DNA of 64,000 nt from an uncultured virus (IMG/VR IMGVR_UViG_3300029288_000146) (taxonomy: Duplodnaviria; Heunggongvirae; Uroviricota; Caudoviricetes), in the IMG/VR virus record IMGVR_UViG_3300029288_000146; one strand, 5' to 3'. Of the stretch, positions 30,912 through 41,191 are shown in pieces. Positions within the stretch are counted from its first letter, which is position 1, and every line of letters begins with the position of its first letter. The translations under genes and the position numbers were made by a program. The notes under the pieces were generated by a model that worked only from the letters and a program-made list of their open reading frames with translations, had not been told where the DNA came from and ran no database searches.

Positions 30912-32284
30912 TTGTCGCCATGCTCCGTTGTTGTATCCTGGGTGCAGCCGTCTTCCAGGTAGATGCTGTTGGGTTTGCCCGATGGTTGATCGGACACGAC
31001 CTCTAGCACGACTGTGTATCCCTGCCCCTTCGCCATTTCATCAATCACTGCTAGGTTGTCGCCGTCCAACAGCGAGCCGTCGTAGCTGGAGATCACCTTG
31101 AGGGTGGGGTGCTGTGCCATGGCAATCGCCATGCCCACTTTGATCTTCTCGCTCTGGCTGGCCTGACTGAAGGGAATGCCGTGGAAGGTACAATCCTCAG
31201 CCTCGAATCCCAACCCCTCGATGGGGAATGTTGCCGTCTGGAGAGCCTTGAGTCTGGCTTCGCGCACGTCCTCGACCGCCTTGGTTAGCGTCTCGCGCTT
31301 GGCTTCTTCGGCCTTCCATGTGGCTTCGATCTCGCTACGCTGGCTGGCTGCCACTTCGTATTCGACCGCCGCCCGGTTGATCTCACTGGCCTCCGCAAGT
31401 TGCGTCTGGATGGCCTGGATGTCTGGTAGCGCGGCGCGGGCGGCTTCATCGGCTTTCAGCGCGTCGTCCCAGGCCGCCTTAGCGGTCTGCTCTTGTGCGG
31501 TCAGCGTCACCAGCGCGTCTTCCGCGACGGCCAGCGCCTTCCGCAGACGATCAATCTCGGCTTCCGTGTTCTTGATCTCCACTAACACGCCGGCATGGTC
31601 ACGACACAGATCGCCGCGCACCACGCTGAGCCCATCCGACGCATTCTTGGCCTGGATGGCGGCGTCGAGTTGCCGGTTGAGTTCCGCAACATCAACAGTC
31701 TTGGGCTTCGTGGCCGGAACTGGCGGCAGGCTTTCCTTTTTGCGCTTGGCGGTCTCGTAGACTCCGTAATGAGCCAGCCGCGCCTGCTCCGCCTGCTTCT
31801 CGTCGGCGTCGAACTGGTCCAGGTCGATCCCCACCAGCTTCGCCAGCAGCACCCGCCGCTTCTTGGGGTCCATGCGGCTGAACTCCATCGGGTCGAAGCT
31901 GATGCCGGGGTCGCCCAGCCACTCCCGCACGGTGGTTTCGGTGGCTTGGTACTTCTCTCCCTCGGGGCCGAACAACTCAAGCCCGGTGGTGTATTGGCTC
32001 TTGCCCTTGCGCTTGACGTGCCGCACAACCCGCCGGCCGTTGCTCAGACCGATTTCCACGCTGGCCTCATCCAGCCCCTCATGGATCGGCTGTTTGGCGA
32101 GCGCGCTCTTGCCCGCCCATGCGAACAGCAGGCTATCCAGGGCGCTGCTCTTGCCGCTGCCGTTCTTGCCCTCAATGAAGGTTATGCCTTCGGGGTTGAA
32201 CTGGATTTCCACGGGCACAGCGGCTAAGCGTTGAAAGCCGACAGCCCGCAGGAAAATGAGGTTGATGGGATCACTCTGGGTCAT
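30908..32284 (-). CDS. SMC/Rad50-like coiled-coil ATPase
   Basis: GKNGSGKSS Walker A, long coiled coil, ASQSE signature, DGSLLD. Confidence 0.85.
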   Translation of the reverse strand: MTQSDPINLIFLRAVGFQRLAAVPVEIQFNPEGITFIEGKNGSGKSSALDSLLFAWAGKSALAKQPIHEGLDEASVEIGLSNGRRVVRHVKRKGKSQYTTGLELFGPEGEKYQATETTVREWLGDPGISFDPMEFSRMDPKKRRVLLAKLVGIDLDQFDADEKQAEQARLAHYGVYETAKRKKESLPPVPATKPKTVDVAELNRQLDAAIQAKNASDGLSVVRGDLCRDHAGVLVEIKNTEAEIDRLRKALAVAEDALVTLTAQEQTAKAAWDDALKADEAARAALPDIQAIQTQLAEASEINRAAVEYEVAASQRSEIEATWKAEEAKRETLTKAVEDVREARLKALQTATFPIEGLGFEAEDCTFHGIPFSQASQSEKIKVGMAIAMAQHPTLKVISSYDGSLLDGDNLAVIDEMAKGQGYTVVLEVVSDQPSGKPNSIYLEDGCTQDTTTEHGDK

Positions 32285-33242
32285 TGGTAAGCTCCTCTTG
32301 GTCTACTTTCCACTTCTCACTCCGATACACCGGCAAGTCCCGGTTGCCGTACTTTTGGGTCTTCTTCGTGTCCACGACCTGCGCCACCAGCTCCAGCCCC
32401 TTGTCGATCCCCGCGCAGCCCACCAGCAGCACCACTTCGTTGTCACCGTAAACCACGGTGTCACCCTCCTGCTCACGCACTTTCACGCTGCGGGCTACGA
32501 CATGGATTTCCTGGGTGCTGCCGGCCGCAGCCTTGGCCTTCTGGACGGTCTCGCCGGTCAGGTACTCGCGGAGTTTCGCGGCCTTCTCGACCGTGATTGG
32601 GCCGTCAAACTCCGGGGCGCCGATGCGGTTCTTGTCGAACGTGGCGTTGTGGGCTTCATCCAGCAGGATTGCCACGTCGAGCTTTTCGTACAGGTGTTCA
32701 CGGACGCGGGGCCGGATGCCCAGGTGGATGATCTCGCGGGTGGCGGCGTCCTGCTTCAGCTTCTCGCGGGCAAACGCCGTGTAGATCACATGGAGTCCGC
32801 AGCCGTAGATCACTGTCTCGTTGATCTTGTTGCAGAGCTTGGTTATCGTCTGCCAGTTGGCGAAGGCCATCCGGGAGTTTTCCTTGTCTAGCTTCTGCTT
32901 GATCTCCAGCAACCCGCCCGGCCCTTCGTAGAAGTCCGTGATACTGTCCACAACCACGGCGCCGTACCCGGCGGCTTCCGCGTCGAGGATCAGCGAGGTC
33001 AGCATATCCGGGGTGAAGCCCTTGTCGCGGTCGAGGTTCTTTTCGTCAAACTGGTGCTTGCCGATCTGCCATTGGGTGCCACGCGGCTCGGTGTTGATGA
33101 GGGCGATGCGTCCGGTGGGGCCGACGAGTCCGCGAGCCAGGGTCAGGGCACCGTAAGTCTTGCCGCTGCCGGTGGGGCCGAAGATCATGGCCTTGAGCTG
33201 GGTCGAGCATTTCACGGCTGGGGCGAAGGGGTTAGTGCTCAT
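32271..33242 (-). CDS. AAA_24 / Sak4-like recombination ATPase
   Basis: GPTGSGKTYGAL, INTE, VVVDSIT and W..IT motifs. Confidence 0.82.
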   Translation of the reverse strand: MSTNPFAPAVKCSTQLKAMIFGPTGSGKTYGALTLARGLVGPTGRIALINTEPRGTQWQIGKHQFDEKNLDRDKGFTPDMLTSLILDAEAAGYGAVVVDSITDFYEGPGGLLEIKQKLDKENSRMAFANWQTITKLCNKINETVIYGCGLHVIYTAFAREKLKQDAATREIIHLGIRPRVREHLYEKLDVAILLDEAHNATFDKNRIGAPEFDGPITVEKAAKLREYLTGETVQKAKAAAGSTQEIHVVARSVKVREQEGDTVVYGDNEVVLLVGCAGIDKGLELVAQVVDTKKTQKYGNRDLPVYRSEKWKVDQEELTNDPE

Positions 33243-35367
33243 GGCTTGCTCCCTATCCGGCCGCCACCCGCCCGCTTGTACCAGTCCTCGATTACATCAT
33301 CCGCGTTGCTGTCGTGGACAACTTCAAGCCGGACATCTCGCGCGCCACCCGCAACCGGCCAGTCACACCACACCTTGCAATGGTGCCGTTTAGCAAGACC
33401 GATCATGGCAGGGACGGCTTCTTGGACCCAGGCGTTCCCGGGGAATACCTCAATGGACTCGAACAGGAGATCGCCACTGGTGATGACGCGCTTAGTCATT
33501 GGTCTCTCCAATCACCGTGATTCCGGCAGCACCGGCAACGGGAACGAACGCCGCGCCCGCCGATTCCCCGGCTCCCCCAAAGTACAGCCACCCACCGGGA
33601 ACCTTCCAGCGAGAATCGGGGTTGCACCTGCAATCACCGCCGTCACCCAATCCTTGTCCATGAGTTGTGGCGTCCAACCACTCAGCGAGTTCGGGGCTTG
33701 CGGGGCGAACCAGAACATCATCCTCACCCCTGCGTAGCGCTTGTTCAATCTGAGTGACGTTGATAGAATCAGGCGGATAGCCCCTCGTGAGACCGAGCGA
33801 TTCAGCCAGCAACCGGCATGCGTTATCCCGACTCATTGCTCGCCGCGCAAACTCTCCACCAGGCACGCCAACCGTCGTGTACCAGCGCTTCATGGCTTCA
33901 CCGCCAGCAATATTTGTGCGCCGATCATACCCAGCCAGAACAGGATCGTTCCGCGCGCATATTGGAAGTTTCCGGTCGTATCCCCCCAACCTACGCGGCA
34001 CATGGTTATGATTCCGAACATTCCATCTAGCGCGCCCAGACAGATGACGCATGTACACACAACCATTACTTATCCTCCTTTTCCGGCGCCCACTCCACCT
34101 TTCCCACGAGCGCGCTGATCTCCCCCAGCAGCTCGGACATTTCCGTCACCAGCTCCTCAGCTCGCGTGGCCGTTAAATTGCCCCCATTGGTTTCGTCGAT
34201 CATGGCCTTGTGGCGGAGTTCGGTCAGACGGGCGTATAGGGCGAGGCGGTGAGGGTCAAGTGGTGCGATCATGGCAGTCCACCAAGAATTACGATGTACA
34301 GCAGCACGGTCGCCACCAGCATCACCAGTCCGCCCGGTATCGCCCAGGCCCAGATGCGTGGTGGCGGTGGTTCGCCTGGTTCGGGTTGCCAGTCGAGGGT
34401 GCGAAGAAAGTAGGCGAGCATGGGGTTCATTCCGCCACCCCGTAGCCGGTGTTGAGGTAGCGACAGACGGCTTGCAGGGCAGCCATGATGGCTTTCCACC
34501 GCTTGCCGTCGCGCTTCATCTCTCCGTCTCCGGTAACCCACAGGGGTTCGGCATCACCGGGGCGGATGAAGAAGATGGCGTCTGCGTCCTCCATGTCGCA
34601 GCCGTAGTCGTAGCACGAGGACACAGCCCGGGGGCGCATGTCAACCACCATCGCGCAATCGCAGCAGACGACTTGGGTGCCGAACTTTGCGAGGTTTACT
34701 TCATGTCCCCCGTCGCGGATTGCCCTTCCGCAAATGGGGCAGTAGATTGGATCATCCATTGCTTTGCTCCTTAGTTTCCGCGAATCGCGCGGTCGAAGAT
34801 GGAATCAGGCAGGGCTGACAGGAATATCGTTCCGCCGCCCATGGTTTCGCATGCTGGCCCTAGCGCCATAATCACCGTCCGCCAGTCACCAGCCCCGTAG
34901 TGCGGCATGCACACCGTTGATGCCACCAGATCGCAGTCCTCAAAGCGCGCGATTACCAGGCCGTGCTCGCGTTCGGCGAGGCGCACCTCAAAACCCGTAA
35001 ACCCTAGCCGCTCCTGGTAGATGACTGAGTGGCGAATCACGCGCATGGCGAGGGCGTTTCCTGCGGAGTGCTTCTCATAGAGTGCTTCCTTGGTCTTTGC
35101 GCCCTGCTGCTGAAGTGTTAGGCTCATGGTGTTGCTCCTTGGTGAGTTCGAGTATCCGGGTCAAGATGGAGTCCGGCGGGTACAACTCGCCGCGCCGGTA
35201 TTTGTGCGGGCGGCGTTCGGTGGACCGTAGTTGGATTGCTACTTCACCCCATGTGCGGAACCGTTTGGAGAGGATGGTAAACATCTTCAGCAGTTCCTGG
35301 GGAGTGGGGTGCGGGCAGGTGGTGGGTGCCTGCCCGCTTGGGTCATGGGGACTGAGATTGGGCATGG

Positions 35368-36087
35368 TTAGGACTCCCCGATGCAGAGCAACGCAGGGTT
35401 CAGGACTCCGCCGTTCTCGTTGGCGACTTCGCCCTCGTTACCATGTTGGGTGTGAATGTTGTGCCAGCGCCGTAGGTCTTCGCCATACCGCCAACATCGC
35501 GCCAATATCCCCACTGCGCACCCGTACATGAAGCCGGTTATCCCGTGGGGTATGTCCGCCATGTGGCTACAACGTTCTGCCACATCTTCGAGTTTGGCTC
35601 CGGTCGCCATTTCCTTCTGCATCAGCTGCGCCCATGTTTCGGCGTAGCCGAAGACGCACCGGCCGTAACCGTCTTTGTTCTTCTCCAGGCCGGTGCGCCA
35701 ATCGTCTGCGTCGCGCAATTCCATCGGTGGCGCCCCGGCGATTGCCGACTCAAACCGGCGCATATCCTCAGCGTGTTTGCGGTCGTATTCAGCTTGCCGC
35801 TCCCGCCGCCGCTTTTCGTTCTCCGCTTCAACCCGCGCATCGTTCTCGCGGTCGGCATCCGTTAGTTCGGCCTCTGGGTATGGACCAACCGGGCCCGGGA
35901 TGTATCCCATCTGCCCGCGTTGCTGATCTCGCCAGATCAGGCTGAGATTGGAGTCGGCATTAACCAACACCACCACGCCATTGATTGTGTCCCGCGCGGT
36001 AAAGCCGCCGATGCGGGCCATTTCCTTCATCTTGTCTAGGCCATCAGAGATGAGCCCGAAACCAGAGTTAACATCCACGATATTCAT
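35368..36087 (-). CDS. Conserved phage hypothetical protein
   Basis: Clean 239-aa ORF with GITGFMYGCAV..L..CW.YGE motif. Confidence 0.65.
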   Translation of the reverse strand: MNIVDVNSGFGLISDGLDKMKEMARIGGFTARDTINGVVVLVNADSNLSLIWRDQQRGQMGYIPGPVGPYPEAELTDADRENDARVEAENEKRRRERQAEYDRKHAEDMRRFESAIAGAPPMELRDADDWRTGLEKNKDGYGRCVFGYAETWAQLMQKEMATGAKLEDVAERCSHMADIPHGITGFMYGCAVGILARCWRYGEDLRRWHNIHTQHGNEGEVANENGGVLNPALLCIGES

Positions 36088-36895
36088 GTTTATTCCTCCA
36101 CCCCGACCGGCTCGGCTAGCCTAGTCACCGAGCCAGTCAGGTCGCACTGTGCATCCATCACTTGCGAAGGTTGGGTATCCACGCTAGGCCGTGGTGAGTA
36201 AACGGTGGGGCATACGGGCAGCCCCGCCTGGTACAGTCCCCAATGGGTCGGCTCGCCGTACTTCGTCAGACAGCCGGTGTCCGCCAGCTCAGCGATGGCG
36301 TCGAACACCACACCTGGCGGCTGGTTCAGGTCGGCGGCAATGAGGTCGCTGTACGGACGCCTGCCATCCGCGTGGTACTTGGCTGCCAGGGTCATGACTG
36401 CCGTGTTGATGGGGCTAAGCATTGCCGTCGTCCTTTGGGTTGGCGCGATCCAGCAGAAGCGAGATGCCTTCGCTATGAATCTTGAGTGCTTCGTGGAAGC
36501 CAAGGGCGGAGTCGGTGAGGGTCAGGAGGCTTTCGTGGGTGCTGTGGTCGAGCTGGGCGAAGCGATCCTCAAGGAATCGTAAGCGGTGCATGGCATCCCG
36601 CAAGCAGAAGGCGACCAACAGCACCGCAGCATAGGGGGCGAGGACCACGATGGCTATAACTGTTTCTACCATTACGCATCTCCATCGGCTGTGCTGCCGG
36701 GTATGTGCGCCTCGGGGTCGAGGATGGCGACGGGTTTGGGGTCGGGCGGCGGTGGGGGATCGGCAAGGTAAAGGGTGGCGCGGATGTGGGTCTTGCCGCC
36801 GCAAAGGGTGCATTGGACAAGGTGGTCATCGACGGACGACCAGACTTGACCAGGGGTGGCCGTGCAGAGTGGGCAGTAGACGGTGACAGTGGGGG

Positions 36896-37219
36896 TCATG
36901 GCTGCACCATCCGGGGTGGCAGTTCGCCGGTCTCCTGGTAGCGCTTCCATTCTTTATAGCCGCGCCAGACTTTGGCTGCGTATTTCTGTTGGGCCTCTCT
37001 CACCTTGTCAGGGTGCTCCTTATTCCATCTGAGGGTGCGCTCAAGGTTGCGGGGATCAGTGCGGACTCGCGCGGCTACGCATTCCTTGCAATAGGCATGG
37101 CGGTGCGTGTGGGCCTTGTTGTCCCAAGAGAACCGATCCCACGTTTTGAATACTCCACACCCCGCGCAAACGCGGCCCTCGGCTTCCAGGGGGTACTTGC
37201 GTGTGCGTTTGGATTTCAT
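36896..37219 (-). CDS. Zn-finger protein (HNH-endonuclease N-terminus-like)
   Basis: CAGCGVFK..F....CKEC. Confidence 0.55.
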   Translation of the reverse strand: MKSKRTRKYPLEAEGRVCAGCGVFKTWDRFSWDNKAHTHRHAYCKECVAARVRTDPRNLERTLRWNKEHPDKVREAQQKYAAKVWRGYKEWKRYQETGELPPRMVQP

Positions 37220-38218
37220 GCGGCACCATCCTTGCGTTCGGTTTTTGGGGTGTCCGTGGTGATCTCGTAGTCCTTAGTTATCTGCTCGCCGAACACGTTG
37301 AAAACTACGGTCACGGTCGATGTTTTTGGGGGGGCTTGAGTGGTCATGCTTTCACCTCTATGCCCAGCGCTTCCTGGGCCTCGCCAACGGCATTCAGCAG
37401 GCAATCCGCCTGGATGTTGCCGATTGTGTTATGTAGTGCGTGGGCCATGTCGAGCATCCCATCGATGTAGCCGCCGATGTAGCCCTTGTTGTGTGGATTC
37501 TGGAGGCGGTTACAAACCCCGGCCAGGTGGTCGTAGAGACCGGGGATGGGCTCGATACCGTAGAGCATCTGCAAGCGGTGGGGTGTCCAAGGGATCATGC
37601 CGCACCTCGCTTATCCCTTCTTTCCCTTGCCAACCAATGCCTCGCTTCGTTTTCCGCGTCGTGGTGCATCCCCCGCCAACCCCGGCGGGCGGCGTGGTCG
37701 AGTTGTTTGGCGACGTGTGCGACTCCCGCCAGGGGGAAGGCGGTAAATTCCCAGAGCACGTAACCCAACTGGTCGTCAGTGCAATCGGGGAAGTAGAACC
37801 TCGCTAGCTCTAGCCACGTCATGCCGCACCTCCTCTCAGTACTTGGTCGGCCACCCGCAACGCCCGCCATATCTGGTCTTCCTCGCGGGTCGTGCCAGCC
37901 GCCATGCCACAGGGTAATGGCTTTGGCGATCTCCTTGTCATACCAGTCGTCGTCTTCGTTCACGTCGCCGTCGTTTTCCAGCGGCTCGATTCCCTCTGGC
38001 GCTTGTTCCGCTAGATAGGTGGGCGGATCGAGCACTTGCCGGGCGCGGCTGTAGGGGTGGTTGTAATGGGCCATAAACATGCGACCATGCAGCCAGGGAC
38101 ACCAATGATGGAATGTAAGAATGGCGCAAAGGCAGTCCACCAGTTCTACCAGCGCAACCAGCGTCTGCCATCCGTGAACGATAAGGTATGCACGAAACTT
38201 GCTCATTCCCCACCCCCG

Positions 38219-38247
38219 TTGACATCCCCGCAGGCGCGTGCTACAAA
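38219..38247 (+). promoter_or_regulatory. Promoter for antisense moron
   Basis: TTGACA-17-TACAAA with TG extension. Confidence 0.5.
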
Positions 38248-38280
38248 GGCGCCATCCTTAATCTTTTCTGGGGTGTTATG

Positions 38281-38457
38281 ATGGCCGAGTATCGGAAGCC
38301 TAAAGGCAGCGACACGTGGCATTACTGCACTAATTGCAGCCGCTGGCCCACCAGTGACTACGATTCCAAGCACGACGCCGACCGTCCTACCGATGGCGAG
38401 CTGTGCAATGAATGCAAATCCAAAGAGAAGGACGGCACCTGCAAGAAGAAGGTCTAG
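38281..38457 (+). CDS. Small Cys/His zinc-binding protein (moron)
   Basis: WHYCTNC...LCNEC; occupies the gap between minus-strand genes. Confidence 0.65.
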   Translation: MAEYRKPKGSDTWHYCTNCSRWPTSDYDSKHDADRPTDGELCNECKSKEKDGTCKKKV

Positions 38458-38752
38458 CATGGCCGCGCTCCGGTAAACTCAAGGGTCTCTTGATCCCCGG
38501 CGAAGTACAGTGGGCCGCGTAGGGAATAGGGGATGCCCCGTGCTTGCGCGAGGTCGTCAAAGCACGCCAGGCAGACGACGAGGTTGCGGTAGGCTTCAGG
38601 AACCACCGCCGCCCACGTCGCGTCGTCCACGGCGAAGTTGAACTTGTCGCGGCGCCCGCAGACTTTGCACGTCTGGTTTTGGAGCGCGCAACAAGGATAG
38701 GGGGTCTGGGGTTGGGGACAGCGACCGCAGCGGATGCAAGTGGGGTGGTTGA

Positions 38753-38953
38753 TCATTCCCCACCCCCGGTCTTGCGCGCGGCCTCGTAGTTCTCTACGTC
38801 TACGGGGTCGAACAGGTAGACCTTACTCATCTTCACCGCTGCTAGTTCCCGCCGCGCTACCATTCTGTAGATCGTGCGCGGGCAACATCCCCAGCGCTCT
38901 GCGAGTTCGGAAACTGACATCAGGTGTTTGGATTCGCAGCTTCGATGTTGCAT
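38753..38953 (-). CDS. Cro/excisionase-like HTH, first gene of the leftward operon
   Basis: MSVSELAERWGCCPRTIYRMVARRELAAVK. Confidence 0.8.
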   Translation of the reverse strand: MQHRSCESKHLMSVSELAERWGCCPRTIYRMVARRELAAVKMSKVYLFDPVDVENYEAARKTGGGE

Positions 38954-38962
38954 AACGCCGCT

Positions 38963-39040
38963 ATTGTAACCGGAAATAGAGCATTGTCAAGGTAAAATCC
39001 CAAATTTCCGGTTGACTTTTGCCCGGTTGTGTGGTATTAC
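38963..39040. promoter_or_regulatory. Divergent promoter pair
   Basis: Minus strand TTGACA-16-TACAAT (38990-38963); plus strand TTGACT-17-TATTAC with TGTGG (39012-39040). Confidence 0.75.
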
Positions 39041-39278
39041 GTACTATCACGTACTCGCGTGCTCTTTCGGGGACGCAGGCGTGATATATTTAGAGTATGG
39101 ACAGGACTATTACCCCCCGTGACCACAAACTGGGCTCGCGCCTTACTGGAACTGGTCTGCGCAATGATGCTACTGCGAGCGGCGCGGCGGAAGTCGCGGT
39201 GTTACAATGTCGTGAGACCCGGCGCGTGAGGGTGCCGGTGTTCAGTGGTAGGTTTAAGTGGTGATTGGTGGAGGGCAT

Positions 39279-39854
39279 ATGCGGAACTTAGTGTTGGTAA
39301 TGGCGATGCTGGTGCTGGGAGCGTGCTCGGGTGGGCAAGGGGCCGTGACACTGGAGCCGGGGGAGATCGTGGGTCTGCCCAGCATAGCGGAGTTGGAGCG
39401 GGCGACGATGGGTTACGAGGATGAGCCAGTCAGCGCCTACTATACCTCCGGGTGCGACACGCTGCTGTACGAGGATGGGATACACACGGGTGTTAGGCCG
39501 GTTGGCATGGAAAACATGGTGATTGGCTACGCGACCTATGCTTTCTACCACGATCCCGCCATTCCCCAGGAGCGCTACCAATACGTGACCGCGTATTACC
39601 CCCCAGCCGACGCCGACGCCAAGGGTCAGATTTACATCGGCTTGGCGGACTTCGGCCGTGGGCGCTGGCTGTTCCATAGGGTGTTCCATGACTGGCGCGG
39701 ATATGATACCGGCTGGGATTTGGCGTTCGACATCCGGGAAGCCGAGAATCCCTTCAACGAGTACAACATGCTGTACTACGTGGTGATCGCCTATGGTGAG
39801 GACAGTTACGTGGTTGTGGGTAACGATCCCCACATCGTCCTGGCAGAAGAATAA
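39279..39854 (+). CDS. Lipoprotein
   Basis: Signal peptide with LGAC lipobox, GGAGG RBS. Confidence 0.8.
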   Translation: MRNLVLVMAMLVLGACSGGQGAVTLEPGEIVGLPSIAELERATMGYEDEPVSAYYTSGCDTLLYEDGIHTGVRPVGMENMVIGYATYAFYHDPAIPQERYQYVTAYYPPADADAKGQIYIGLADFGRGRWLFHRVFHDWRGYDTGWDLAFDIREAENPFNEYNMLYYVVIAYGEDSYVVVGNDPHIVLAEE

Positions 39855-39881
39855 GGTAACAAGACTTTGGGAGGCTTTACG

Positions 39882-40286
39882 ATGAGGTTTGTTGTTGTGG
39901 TGTTACTCTTGGCGTGTCTGGTTTCCTGCGGCGGTGGGGGAGGAACACCAGATGAGAACTTCGATCCCACAGGAATTTGGGTGGGTACGCTCGACGGGGT
40001 GGACATCGCCTGGGAGATCGTGGCGCTGGGTGGCGGCTATGGGCTGCGGATGTCCCTGGATTCCGACGAAACAACTATTCCTCTGGTGTTCAATGGTAAG
40101 AACTTCACAGGAACCGAGACGCTTTACTCCCTAGAGGGATACCATCGCCAGGATACTACGGTTGTGGGAACCGTGGATGGGGATTCCATGACCGGCCATA
40201 GCACTCGCATTGAGACGGTCATCGATGGGTCGCACGCGGGGGAAACAGAGACCGATGAAGGGGATTTCACGGCGTCTCGCAGCTAG
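39882..40286 (+). CDS. Lipoprotein (beta-rich, acidic)
   Basis: Signal peptide with LVSC lipobox, TGIWVGT motif. Confidence 0.8.
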   Translation: MRFVVVVLLLACLVSCGGGGGTPDENFDPTGIWVGTLDGVDIAWEIVALGGGYGLRMSLDSDETTIPLVFNGKNFTGTETLYSLEGYHRQDTTVVGTVDGDSMTGHSTRIETVIDGSHAGETETDEGDFTASRS

Positions 40287-40307
40287 GAGTGTTCCACATT
40301 AGGCTAT

Positions 40308-40340
40308 CCCCGGCTCGTCCTTGCACGCGCCGGGGTTTTT
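40308..40340 (+). terminator. Rho-independent terminator
   Basis: CCCCGGC/GCCGGGG stem followed by TTTTT. Confidence 0.75.
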
Positions 40341-40383
40341 AATGCCCCATAAATCCCGAGCGGTGGCCGTATGTTATGTGTTC

Positions 40384-41190
40384 GAGGGCGAGCAACAAGT
40401 TGACGGGGGATGTTCGGCTTACCGGATGATCCCCCGGCCCTCACCATTGAAAGCTGACCTGCCATGTGTAGGAATAGTACGCGGGTCGTCAGCGTAAGTC
40501 TAGGCTAGGACATGAGTTCAGCCTGAGTGCAGCGGGCGGCCCGCGATTTGAAAACATGCGTCCTGATGTATTAGGGGCTTCGCGGGGTGCGCCCAGAAGG
40601 CTATAGGCTACGGCTTGGTCAAAGCACCCCGCTCTTTGAAAACATAACAGTGCTTCCCGGGCTTAGCCTGCTGACGAGCAGTGACGCCGACCAGGGAAGC
40701 CTTATACTGGCGGGCCGTCACCGTGATGCTGCCTAAGAGCGCCCCGAATGGGGTTGCGAGGATTGGCTCACATCGGCGGCCCGTCTTTTGAAAACATGCC
40801 AGTTAGTAGTCGGAACGAAAGCGGTTGCCTGACGGCTTGTGTCCAAGCGCTTTGCCGGTTGTGCGCTGGCAGTATCAACCGGCTTTGAAAACATGTTGTT
40901 GCCAACCAAAACTCAGTACCTTGTTAATGAGGGCGGTGAGGCGACAGCGCCGGAGGGTAAGCCCGTAGGTCACAAGGGATTAGCGGGATAGAGTCCCGGC
41001 GTCCTGAAAGGGGCGGCGATCCGGCGCCGCGAAACCCCAGCCTACCGGAAGTCCTAGGATAACGGGCTGGGGGTGCTTGAAAACATACAGCTCTGATCCT
41101 GGTTCAGTTCCAGGGGTAGGTGCTCACCGGGCCGCCAACCAAGCGAGTTCTGATCAAACCGCGCTGGTGGGAGTAATTCCCCTGGCGGCC
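40384..41190 (+). ncRNA. Putative structured ncRNA array with TTTGAAAACAT linkers
   Basis: About 9 long stems, G-U pairs and a GAAA loop favouring the plus strand, 5 conserved linkers, no credible ORF. Confidence 0.7.
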
Positions 41191-41191
41191 C

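Noticed and set aside
39029..39229. CI repressor ORF
   Set aside because: No HTH pattern or RBS, and the start overlaps the promoter
40384..41190. CRISPR array or TIGR array
   Set aside because: The repeat is only 10-11 nt, spacing is irregular (88-192 nt), intervening sequences are self-complementary, and there is no cas operon or Nop-domain gene in the window
41088..41190. tRNA genes (CCTGG-TTCAGTT-CCAGG T-arm-like hairpin; GGGCCGCCA acceptor-like stem)
   Set aside because: No canonical TTCRA T-loop, D-arm or anticodon-arm spacing could be built
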